From Nitrosopumilus adriaticus (GTDB lineage: Archaea > Thermoproteota > Nitrososphaeria > Nitrososphaerales > Nitrosopumilaceae), in the NCBI RefSeq assembly GCF_000956175.1, contig NZ_CP011070.1:1078147-1110146 (forward strand): 32,000 nucleotides of DNA, written 5' to 3'. The stretch's first letter is position 1. Each line of letters begins with the position of its first letter. Position numbers and translations under genes: made by a program. Below, in pieces: positions 7,473 to 15,609 of the stretch. The notes below the pieces were generated by a model that had not been told where the DNA came from, made no database searches, and was given only the letters and a program-made list of their open reading frames with translations.

Positions 7473-9679
7473 TTTTTAATTTTTGTTTTAATAAATTTCA
7501 TTACTAACTTTATTTCTTTAGGGATTTTATTTTCAGATAGTAGTTCAGTTATATGTTCTGTTGCCCTTAACGGTTTACTGTCTTTAGAAGTTGTACTTGT
7601 TTGTAAAGACCCCTCCAAATCTTTTATCAGAACATACATGTTGTGTTTCCGTGCAATTGTATTTAGTTTTTTTAATAAATTATCATCATACCAATATCTT
7701 GTAATAATTTTATCAGTTCTTGATTTTTCTTTTTTAGGTATGATGGAAGATCTAATTTTTTTAATAAAAGACTTTTCGGATTGTGAAAGTCCTTCTGATT
7801 TCTCTATTGCATTAATTGCAGAAGAGGTAATTACTTCTTGGCCATCTATGAAAATTTTTCTAGTACATTCCATCAAACTATCATAATCCAACACAGAAGT
7901 GTGGGGAATTTTTAGTTTCTTGACTAATTTTAGCAATAATGAAAAAGAATCTTTTCCACCCACATCAAGTATCATCCATTCATTATCTTCTATATTGGGA
8001 CCATCAAGTTGATTATCTGTCAAATATCTATCGGTTTTTTCAATAACGATTTTATCTGAAGGACCTTCAACAAGTACCACTCCATGTTGAAATAATATTG
8101 AGCGTATTTCAGAATTATATAATCTAGTGAGTGTCTTTTCACGTTCATTTGTATTCATAGAATCAATAATTTCTTTCAAATTCACTACGGTTGATCCTGG
8201 TTTTGGAGATGTAATTTTCCATGAGTTCTTAAAATTTTCTGGATTTAGTAAATATGGAGAATGAGTAATCAAGATAACTTGATTTTTGTTCTTTGAAATT
8301 GCTTTTTGTATTAATTGTAATACTCTTCTTTGTAAAATTGAATGTAAATTCAAAGCTGGTTCATCTAATAGAAGTACTTTGTTTTTGTGACCAATTACAG
8401 CTGTTAACAAAATTGCTAATTCAATAATCCCTGCAGCCGCAAATTCAATTGGAATCGGAATGTTGTTTTTTATGACTTGGACATACAAATGATCTTTGAC
8501 AATTTCAATTTCCTCATCAGCCATAGCGATATTTGTAGCATTGTCTAATCTATCAAATTCTTTTTCTAATTCTCGTAAGTGTCGTTTTTTAATTTTGGAT
8601 TTAATTGGTTTAACTTGTACCTCTAACTCTAAACCGTTTGTAATTTTTTTAAATTCATTTGTAACTTCTCTATATTGGGTTTTTAATTTAGGATTATCAC
8701 TATTTGCTAAAGAAAAAAGAATCTTTGCTAAATTTTCACCAGAAATATTTATCATTTCATCAAAATATTGAAGATCTTTGGGACTTTGGATCACTTTTGG
8801 CCTAGCTCTAATATCCGATGTTTTAATTATGGATTTTTTAAAAATATGTGAAACAATGTCTACAAAACTTGCACTCTCATCTTCTGGACTTACTGAGCGA
8901 ATAAAATTCCTTGTTCTGATAAATTCTGGAAATGTCTCCTTGTTAGCTTCAAATTCAGTTAGACGAAAACCTCCAAATTCAGAAGATACGCTATCTTCAG
9001 TAATTTCTAAAATATGATCAAAAACATTGTAAGAGAAATTATCCAAATTGGGTAATTTTTGTTTGATATTTAAAATACAATCATTCAGTTTTGGAATTTC
9101 ATTTCTAGCCTGAGTTAAAATAATATCTGAAATATTTCTAATAGTATGACTGTCTCGTTTTTTTAGATTATTTGTTAATCGATAACTTTGAAAATATAGA
9201 TATTGGTTATTCTTGTTAAATTTAAAATAAATGTCTGGAGGGTAACGTGATTTTCCTTCAGTATCAACAACAATTGTTAGTTCCTCACAAAAATCAGAGA
9301 AAAATTTTTCCCCTTTACCAAGTAAAATTTTTTTAAGAATCTCTAAATTTCGTCTTTGATTTTCCTTTTCTTTAGGCCTAATATCTTGATGAATGATTGC
9401 ACATACAAGAAAATTTAATAAAATCTCTTTTTCTTCTTGATCAAATTTTATGTCGATTTCAATTTCATAAGGTTTCTCAAAATCCAAATTATGATAATAA
9501 GCTTCGGCAGGAACATTTCTTTGATTGATGTGACGTTTAACTAATTCAATTGCCCTAAACACATTAGTTTTTCCAGAATCATTGGGCCCTACAATTGTAT
9601 TTAGATCTGAAAATTCTAATTCCTGCATTTTTGTTCCAAATGATAAAAAATTTTTTAATCGAATTCGAATAATTTGCAT
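7469..9679 (-). CDS. OLD-family nuclease (ABC-type ATPase fused to Toprim)
   Basis: 736 aa. The N-terminus is IRLKNFLSFG...IVGPNDSGKTNVFRAIE (Walker A), followed by Walker B VLLLDEP and ILITHSPYLL. The C-terminal Toprim pattern is GVVLVEGPSDKIVIE ... VLDYDS. This is the architecture of P2 Old, Gabija GajA and fused PARIS AriA-AriB proteins. No helicase partner is present. Confidence 0.75.
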   Translation of the reverse strand: MQIIRIRLKNFLSFGTKMQELEFSDLNTIVGPNDSGKTNVFRAIELVKRHINQRNVPAEAYYHNLDFEKPYEIEIDIKFDQEEKEILLNFLVCAIIHQDIRPKEKENQRRNLEILKKILLGKGEKFFSDFCEELTIVVDTEGKSRYPPDIYFKFNKNNQYLYFQSYRLTNNLKKRDSHTIRNISDIILTQARNEIPKLNDCILNIKQKLPNLDNFSYNVFDHILEITEDSVSSEFGGFRLTEFEANKETFPEFIRTRNFIRSVSPEDESASFVDIVSHIFKKSIIKTSDIRARPKVIQSPKDLQYFDEMINISGENLAKILFSLANSDNPKLKTQYREVTNEFKKITNGLELEVQVKPIKSKIKKRHLRELEKEFDRLDNATNIAMADEEIEIVKDHLYVQVIKNNIPIPIEFAAAGIIELAILLTAVIGHKNKVLLLDEPALNLHSILQRRVLQLIQKAISKNKNQVILITHSPYLLNPENFKNSWKITSPKPGSTVVNLKEIIDSMNTNEREKTLTRLYNSEIRSILFQHGVVLVEGPSDKIVIEKTDRYLTDNQLDGPNIEDNEWMILDVGGKDSFSLLLKLVKKLKIPHTSVLDYDSLMECTRKIFIDGQEVITSSAINAIEKSEGLSQSEKSFIKKIRSSIIPKKEKSRTDKIITRYWYDDNLLKKLNTIARKHNMYVLIKDLEGSLQTSTTSKDSKPLRATEHITELLSENKIPKEIKLVMKFIKTKIKN

Positions 9680-9759
9680 GATTCATAATGTAATATCTAT
9701 GGATTATAACGATTATCTATCTTTAAATTCAATTTTAATAATACCAATAAGAAAATCAT

Positions 9760-10662
9760 ATGTTGCTAAATTATACTATTAATGAATTCTATCCAAAAAG
9801 TAAGATCTGGAAGGATTTTCACGTAGCAAACAGAGGGGGAATTAGACCTAGTATAGATCAAAATTTGGTAGTAGTATTCTTAGATGCACCTAATCCGAAT
9901 CCGAAACCAGGGCAAGATCATAATATCTATCATGATAGATATGATACAACAACTGGTGTTTACTACTATACAGGAAGAGGGCAAGAAGGAGACCAAACTC
10001 CAACGGGTCCAAACAAATGGTTAATTGATTCAAATAAAAATAAAACTACAATTCACCTATTTAGACAATATTCACTTGGTAGTTTACATCAATACATTGG
10101 AAAAGTAAAAGTCGTAAAAGTTGCTCAAGAAACTCAACAAGATCATCGTAAAATAAACCGACTTGTCTATGTATTCTCATTACTACCAGAAGCAGATGCA
10201 ATTGTTACTGAAGAAGATGCATTTCAAAGAGAAATCGATTATCAATTAACTACAACAAAAAAAGAATCCAAAGAACAAATTAAAAAAAATATTGCAAATA
10301 TGGATAAACTTACTACAAAACGAGGTAGTAAAACAAGAACCATTACTGTTAGAACTAAAACTGAACATGTACGATATAGAGGAATTGTTTTAGAATTAAG
10401 AAAATTATTTGATGAAAAATGTCAGATATGTAAAATTCCTCATTTTGAGAAAAAATCGGGCAAATATGCAGAAGTTCATCACATCATTCCCTGGGCTAAA
10501 AGTCATGATGATTCAAGTAAAAATTTGATAGTGATTTGTGCGAATTGTCATAGAAAAATGCATTATGCAAAAGATGTACAAAGAATGAAAATGTATGAAG
10601 AATTAATTCATAATTATCCTAATACATCATATTGTACACCTGATTTTTATAAGAAATACTAA
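9760..10662 (+). CDS. HNH endonuclease with an N-terminal SRA/PUA-like putative modified-DNA reader (type IV restriction-like)
   Basis: 300 aa. The C-terminal HNH motif is CQICK...AEVHHIIPW...SKNLIVICANCHRKMHY. The N-terminal pattern GGIRPS..LVVVF...YYYTGRGQEGDQ..GPNKWL...IHLFRQ...YIGKVKVV resembles SRA-HNH/McrA-type enzymes. The HNH call is firm; the reader domain is tentative. Confidence 0.7.
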   Translation: MLLNYTINEFYPKSKIWKDFHVANRGGIRPSIDQNLVVVFLDAPNPNPKPGQDHNIYHDRYDTTTGVYYYTGRGQEGDQTPTGPNKWLIDSNKNKTTIHLFRQYSLGSLHQYIGKVKVVKVAQETQQDHRKINRLVYVFSLLPEADAIVTEEDAFQREIDYQLTTTKKESKEQIKKNIANMDKLTTKRGSKTRTITVRTKTEHVRYRGIVLELRKLFDEKCQICKIPHFEKKSGKYAEVHHIIPWAKSHDDSSKNLIVICANCHRKMHYAKDVQRMKMYEELIHNYPNTSYCTPDFYKKY

Positions 10663-10712
10663 ACCGTGAGAAAGAAAAGATATGTTGCAGGAATTGAAGA
10701 GAAACTAATGGT

Positions 10713-11711
10713 ATGAAAGAATTAGATAAAAAAACCAATGCACTAAATCAAAGTGGCGCATTTTTACAATTTCATGTATTAAATGAATTAACAAAAAAAC
10801 ATTGGGAAACGACTGTTGAAAAACCGGTTTCTGCAGCACCTTTTTTAACTCATCCAGAAAAACAATCGCTCATATACGCTCATTTGTTGGCAGATCGTAC
10901 AATACCTGCAGATCATTTTGCAAAAGCAATGTCTGATTCACAGTTACTCTCAATGAAACAAGAAACTTCTGTGGATATTGATGCCACAAAAGTAATTCCA
11001 ATTGAATTTGATCCAACTATTGTATTTAGATTATGTGTGGAAGTTAAGAAAAATGATCCTCGTTATAGTGATTGGTGTTTTTTCCAACTAAAACAAAATA
11101 CAGAACCTATGAGGGTAATTTCTAAAAATATTAGAAGAGATGGAAGAATAGAACTTTTCAATATTAGTAAAACAGATAGACATGGAGATCCGATTTTTGT
11201 TCAAACAAACCAGTATCCTCATTGGAGTATTTTCAAACATGACATATCTGATTTTGCTTTGGCATTACAAAATGAGCAGATAAAACCAGAATATTTTCGT
11301 TCTGAGAAAACCAAAGTAGATGAAACCGCTAGGCAAATAATCAAAGGAACTTATGGTTGTATATTGGATGATATAATCAAACAAGTAAGTTCTGGAAATG
11401 GATATTCTAATTCCCCAAATATTTACATCCCAATAATAGTAACAAATGCCAATTTGTATTTGTGTAAATTTGATTTGGAGGATATTGATACTTCGATGGG
11501 TCATATTACTAAAGATCCAAAATATGAAAAAGTGGATTCAATTATTTATGAACACCCCACACCAAAAGAAGTTCAATTCCCTCAACCCCTTTCAAGTAGA
11601 TTAGATGAATATTCAAGAGAACAGATAGCAAAATGGCATGTACTGATATTATCTCCAAAAGGATTCACAGAATTTTTAGAAAATCTTGATAAAATTAAAA
11701 GTATGATATAA
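10713..11711 (+). CDS. hypothetical protein, possible PD-(D/E)xK (restriction-endonuclease-like) fold
   Basis: 332 aa, starting 50 nt downstream of the HNH gene on the same strand. Candidate core is SVDIDAT...FRLCVEVKK after an N-terminal GAFLQFHVLNEL helix. Motif-level guess only. Confidence 0.35.
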   Translation: MKELDKKTNALNQSGAFLQFHVLNELTKKHWETTVEKPVSAAPFLTHPEKQSLIYAHLLADRTIPADHFAKAMSDSQLLSMKQETSVDIDATKVIPIEFDPTIVFRLCVEVKKNDPRYSDWCFFQLKQNTEPMRVISKNIRRDGRIELFNISKTDRHGDPIFVQTNQYPHWSIFKHDISDFALALQNEQIKPEYFRSEKTKVDETARQIIKGTYGCILDDIIKQVSSGNGYSNSPNIYIPIIVTNANLYLCKFDLEDIDTSMGHITKDPKYEKVDSIIYEHPTPKEVQFPQPLSSRLDEYSREQIAKWHVLILSPKGFTEFLENLDKIKSMI

Positions 11712-11863
11712 TTTTTGTTTTAGAGATTTAAATTCTAAATCAGATAGCGTAATTTTTACGATTGCCGTGATAAAATCACTGACAGCAATATTCTCTTATT
11801 TTATTATTTTGTTGTTTTAATTTTTCAACACCATCTAAAATATTATTGAAATTTTAAAAAACC

Positions 11864-12574
11864 ATGGCCAAAATCTATGGTCGGGCAGATACTGAAAAGA
11901 GGCTCTTAGACAAACTTCCCAAAGAAGTCAAATCAATTGATGATATGGATATTGTAAAAAAAGAATTCAAAAAACAATATCATTCCATTGAAGACAAAGG
12001 ATTAATCAATAAATTCTCCAGATGGAGAAAAAAACGACAAATAAATAAAATTCAAAACAACAAGGATACCCCCCTCCATTCAGGCACAAAAGGAGAACTG
12101 CGTGCACTAGATACTCTATCGAAACTTGATGATAATCATCATATTTTCTGCGGTGTTATCATGGAGTTACCTCATTATGTTACATACAATGGTAAAAAGA
12201 ATCTAAAATCTGCTCAAATGGATTTTGTTGTAGTATCAAAGAGAGGAATATTTCCAATCGAAGTCAAAAACTGGACTGATACTTACATTTTCAAACACAG
12301 GGCAAATGGTGGACTAGAACCACATGAGCAAGCAGAACGTGCAGGACGAGTTTTGTGGATTTCTCTCAAATCATGGCGCGATCCAAAACAACCCATGGTT
12401 ACTAGTGTCTTGTTGACCCTTCAAGGAAACATGAAATATAATCCTACATACAAATTTGTTGTAGTAAAAGACTTGATTACAATTAATCAATGGATAGAAA
12501 AACGAAAAGAAATATTCTCAGAAAAAGATGTGCAGAGAATTGTGGACAGAATAAAAGATCATGTTACAAAGTAG
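11864..12574 (+). CDS. NERD-domain (nuclease-related) protein
   Basis: 236 aa. GELRALDTLSKL...IFCGV...QMDFVVVSKRGIFPIEVKNW matches the NERD/PD-(D/E)xK signature. Confidence 0.6.
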   Translation: MAKIYGRADTEKRLLDKLPKEVKSIDDMDIVKKEFKKQYHSIEDKGLINKFSRWRKKRQINKIQNNKDTPLHSGTKGELRALDTLSKLDDNHHIFCGVIMELPHYVTYNGKKNLKSAQMDFVVVSKRGIFPIEVKNWTDTYIFKHRANGGLEPHEQAERAGRVLWISLKSWRDPKQPMVTSVLLTLQGNMKYNPTYKFVVVKDLITINQWIEKRKEIFSEKDVQRIVDRIKDHVTK

Positions 12575-12612
12575 TATTTGTTGATTTTACTTAGTAATAA
12601 TTTATTTTGTTA

Positions 12613-13395
12613 TTATGATTTTTTAAGATTATCGATAAATTTTTGAATTTCAGAATTAAGTAAATTATCCTTGTCAATGAGTTGTTTTCTTTTTAGCAAA
12701 TCTAAGAAAAATGACACTAACATTGGGTCCATATTCGTTTTAGCAATAAGTTGTCCTTTTGTTGTTTTTCCATCATATACATATTTTAGAATAATTGCTT
12801 CAAAAATGGTAGTAGTACGCATTGCAAATTCGTCTTTAATGAATTCTTTAATTTCCTCACTAAACTCTGGTTTTTCAATATCTCTATAGAAAATTTTTGC
12901 ACCCAAAATATTATACAGAAAGATTACCGGATAATACAAAATCCAAACAAAGAATCCACTAGTAATTAATATCATTACTAAAAATATAGTAGAAATTCTT
13001 TGGATTTCAGATAATTGATAAATATATGCTGAATGATTTTCAGATGTTATCGTTGCTTCTTTTATCTTCACGTTAGCGATATCAGAATTAATTGTACATT
13101 TTAGATTTGGAGACATTCTATCAAATTCAATTAGATGCCTATTTTCACCAAGTGAAGAAATTGTTCCCTCTATGCAGTTTTGTAAAGTGATATTTGCAGT
13201 ATTGTTGAGAGTCACAAAAGCTTTAACATTTGATGCCTGAATCAATCCAAAATTGTTTAGGGTGATAGATGATTCAGAAATTAAATCATCAGAAATTTCA
13301 AAATGAACTAAAATTTCATTCATAAAATTCCCTTGTGCAATAACTAATGAAATAATTGTAATAATTATGGTAATTGCAAATTTTGTATTATCCAA
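12613..13395 (-). CDS. membrane-anchored protein with a C-terminal wHTH-like segment
   Basis: 260 aa. N-terminal TM (FAITIIITIISLVIA), central TM pair (TIFLVMILITSGFFVWILYYPVIFLY). C-terminus is ILKYVYDGKTTKGQLIAKTNMDPMLVSFFLDLLKRKQLI. Confidence 0.5.
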   Translation of the reverse strand: MDNTKFAITIIITIISLVIAQGNFMNEILVHFEISDDLISESSITLNNFGLIQASNVKAFVTLNNTANITLQNCIEGTISSLGENRHLIEFDRMSPNLKCTINSDIANVKIKEATITSENHSAYIYQLSEIQRISTIFLVMILITSGFFVWILYYPVIFLYNILGAKIFYRDIEKPEFSEEIKEFIKDEFAMRTTTIFEAIILKYVYDGKTTKGQLIAKTNMDPMLVSFFLDLLKRKQLIDKDNLLNSEIQKFIDNLKKS

Positions 13396-13452
13396 TAATC
13401 ATCAGAATAATTATATAAATTTAAGAGTGTTTTATGCCAGAATCATCAGAAC

Positions 13453-13896
13453 TTATGGATGATCATTGTCGATATAATCTAAAGATTTTTCTTTAACAAT
13501 TTTACCAGAACCGTGGCATTTTCTGCGTTCTCTCTTGTGGTATAGTAATCTCATGGTAGTAATTGTAGTACTTTTTGTTACAGGTATATGAAAACCATTA
13601 TTTCGAGAATTACTCCTTACAATAAAAGCTGAAACTTTACGTTTACAATAATGACATCTTGTTTTTCTTACTTTATCACTAGGATGCCAAATATGCATAA
13701 TCATACTAGAGCCTGATTTTATGCATTTTCTACTAAAAAAGCCCTCTTTTTTGTGATGCTCAAGTTTGATTGTTTTGTTAATCTTTGTACCTTTGATACT
13801 TGTGGTGCCAAGAGATTCTGAAAGTACCTCTGCTTTGATTTTCTTTTTACATCTAGTACACTTTACTGTCTCAGTTTTGATTCCTATCTGAACCAC
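13453..13896 (-). CDS. basic protein with two tandem CxxC...HHK...C-x-x-SG zinc-ribbon-like modules
   Basis: 147 aa. Module 1 is CTRCKKK...LEHHKKEGFFSRKCIKSGS; module 2 is CHYCKRK...LLYHKRERRKCHGSGK. The same module occurs once in casposon ORF 17755..17955. Confidence 0.55.
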   Translation of the reverse strand: MVQIGIKTETVKCTRCKKKIKAEVLSESLGTTSIKGTKINKTIKLEHHKKEGFFSRKCIKSGSSMIMHIWHPSDKVRKTRCHYCKRKVSAFIVRSNSRNNGFHIPVTKSTTITTMRLLYHKRERRKCHGSGKIVKEKSLDYIDNDHP

Positions 13897-13984
13897 AATT
13901 CCGATGAGAAATACATCTTGATAAAGAATTTTGAGAATTTTTAGAACTTATGGGGAGTATCTTATTTTTACGAGTGATTTTGAA

Positions 13985-15328
13985 TTATTTTCTTCTTTCA
14001 AATTTTCTTTTCAATCCAACAAATGCAGAACCTAAAATTGGGATGCTGAGTACTCTCTCTAAAACATCTAACAAACCTTCAGATCTAGGAAATAGGAAAA
14101 ATGCAGATAGACTATCTGTAACTCTGCCCACTAAATGACATTCATCAGAAACAGCACAATATCCTGTATAGTTACGCAATACAAGAAATGATAAAATCAA
14201 TACAGGTGCCCAAACTGCTAATGGAAGAAAATAACTTTCACTATACAATGACAAATATTTATGAATAGAATACATGATAGAAGATAATTTCTCACGAACA
14301 GACCCCTTTTGAAGTCCTTTTTTTAAACACTCTAATTCACCTATGAAAAAATTAGATGCTTCAGTAAATCGCAATCTTGTTTCGTAATTTTTTCTTAATT
14401 GCGCATAAATATCTGATACATCATCATAATTTTTATTTTTTTCAAGCATTAATTCATTGATTATTACTTTACGCCACATTCGCTTGGGTGACAACCACTT
14501 TACATTGTTAAATTCAAAATTTTGTAAGTTTACACCTAAAAATGAAACTCCTTCCAAAACAACTGGTTCATTCACCTTCCCAGATACACGAACTCTTTGA
14601 CGCATTGTTGAAAAATCAAAGTTAATAGGGATTTCATAACCCAGGGTTTTGATTTTTGCAGTATTTATTTTAGGAAATTTCATGTACGCTAGATCTAATT
14701 CACCATGAAAATCAACATATGAAAAATTGGCATTAATGAATTCTCCTCTAGACAAATTTGTTGCCCCTTCAAAACTTGCAGATGAAAAATTAATTCTATC
14801 ATGACATCTCATTCCAGGCATAAATGAAGATTGTGCAAATTTTGCACTCGAAAAATTCCCCCATTGCAAAAATATGCTTTCATAAAAATTTGCACCCATG
14901 CGAAATTTACTACCTACAAAAATCGCATCTTCCTTAAAGGTAGTTTTGAAAAAAATAGGAGTCTCAGAAAAATCACAAAACTGAAAATTTACTACTTTTT
15001 CAAATGTTGTATAATAGAAACTAGTTATAGTTGTAAAATACACATTAGCAAAATCTACGGCTTCTTCAAAATATGCAAATTCACAATGAATCTCCGCATG
15101 AATAATTTCTGGCCATTCAAACAGCGGAATATGAAAACCTACTAAATACAATGGACGGTGTTGTTCTAGTTGCTCTTTTATCATATCTCTAACTTGACTG
15201 TCGTGACTTTGTTTGCGTTCTTTCCAAAAAGTAGGATGATGAAATTTACAAAAACCACTATGATCAAATTCTTCATAGGGACAATCATAAGTTCCAGAGA
15301 ATAATTTTGCATTATATGAACAGCCCAT
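13985..15328 (-). CDS. pentapeptide-repeat protein with an N-terminal Cys/His cluster and C-terminal membrane helices
   Basis: 447 aa. N-terminus has CPYEEFDHSGFCKFHHP. A long central tract has pentapeptide-type repeats (FSSASFEGATNLSRGEFINANFSYVDFHGELDLAYMKF). The C-terminus is hydrophobic (LPLAVWAPVLILSFLVL, SIPILGSAFVGL). Confidence 0.65.
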   Translation of the reverse strand: MGCSYNAKLFSGTYDCPYEEFDHSGFCKFHHPTFWKERKQSHDSQVRDMIKEQLEQHRPLYLVGFHIPLFEWPEIIHAEIHCEFAYFEEAVDFANVYFTTITSFYYTTFEKVVNFQFCDFSETPIFFKTTFKEDAIFVGSKFRMGANFYESIFLQWGNFSSAKFAQSSFMPGMRCHDRINFSSASFEGATNLSRGEFINANFSYVDFHGELDLAYMKFPKINTAKIKTLGYEIPINFDFSTMRQRVRVSGKVNEPVVLEGVSFLGVNLQNFEFNNVKWLSPKRMWRKVIINELMLEKNKNYDDVSDIYAQLRKNYETRLRFTEASNFFIGELECLKKGLQKGSVREKLSSIMYSIHKYLSLYSESYFLPLAVWAPVLILSFLVLRNYTGYCAVSDECHLVGRVTDSLSAFFLFPRSEGLLDVLERVLSIPILGSAFVGLKRKFERRK

Positions 15329-15371
15329 AATTCAATTGGGAATTATGAACATAATAAAGTACTTTACGACA

Positions 15372-15394
15372 ACTGTCATAATTTCATTCGTAAA
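15372..15394 (+). repeat. direct repeat copy 1 (ACTGTCATAATTTCATTCGTAAA), left of the tRNA-integrase pair
   Basis: 22/23 identical to 16845..16867, with the single mismatch C/T at 15385/16858. Confidence 0.7.
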
Positions 15395-15479
15395 AAGGAA
15401 TTGAATCATTCTTTGAAAAATAATTTGATTTAGATCGTGTTATAACATTTAATTTCCCAAATTTTCTGACTAATATTAT

Positions 15480-15594
15480 GCCGGGGTAGCTCAGCCTGGT
15501 TAGAGTGCCAGTTCGCTTGGTAATCTCTAACGGTTCTCCAACTAAGGCAATACTCATAATCTGGAGGTCGTGGGTTCGAAACCCACCCCCGGCA
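15480..15594 (+). tRNA. tRNA with anticodon CAU (elongator Met or Ile2) containing a 40-nt intron (15512..15551) in the anticodon stem
   Basis: Hand-folded cloverleaf. Acceptor GCCGGGG/CCCCGGC, D arm GCTC-AGCCTGGTTA-GAGT, anticodon arm CCAG^A-CTCATAA-TCTGG (anticodon 15555..15557), variable loop AGGTC, T arm GTGGG-TTCGAAA-CCCAC, discriminator A. G1:C72 argues against an archaeal initiator. The fold only works after removing 15512..15551. Confidence 0.85.
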
Positions 15595-15602
15595 TTACAG
15601 CC

Positions 15603-15609
15603 TTTTTTT
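15603..15609 (+). terminator. T7 run downstream of the tRNA (archaeal oligo-T terminator candidate)
   Basis: TTTTTTT begins 9 nt after the tRNA discriminator base. It overlaps the stop codon region of the convergent integrase gene. Confidence 0.4.

Noticed and set aside
7638-9782. ORFs 7638..7886, 8496..8771, 8778..9017 and 9582..9782 on the plus strand
   Set aside because: They are antisense to or overlap the 736-aa OLD gene. They have low-complexity, Leu/Ile/Ser/Phe-rich translations typical of the antisense strand of AT-rich genes.
11265-15145. ORFs 11265..11504(-), 12671..12889(+), 13950..14138(+) and 14831..15145(+)
   Set aside because: They are antisense to, or largely overlap, longer ORFs with recognisable features. 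No motifs were seen.
15395-15440. Sequence after repeat copy 1 as a decayed terminus plus target repeat (ATTCTTTGAAAAATAA vs ACTCTTTATCAATAA) followed by a deleted left TIR (ATTTAGATCG vs ATTTAGACGG)
   Set aside because: About 11/16 identity with gaps and no G6 core. It is suggestive of a third stacked insertion but statistically weak, so I did not call it.
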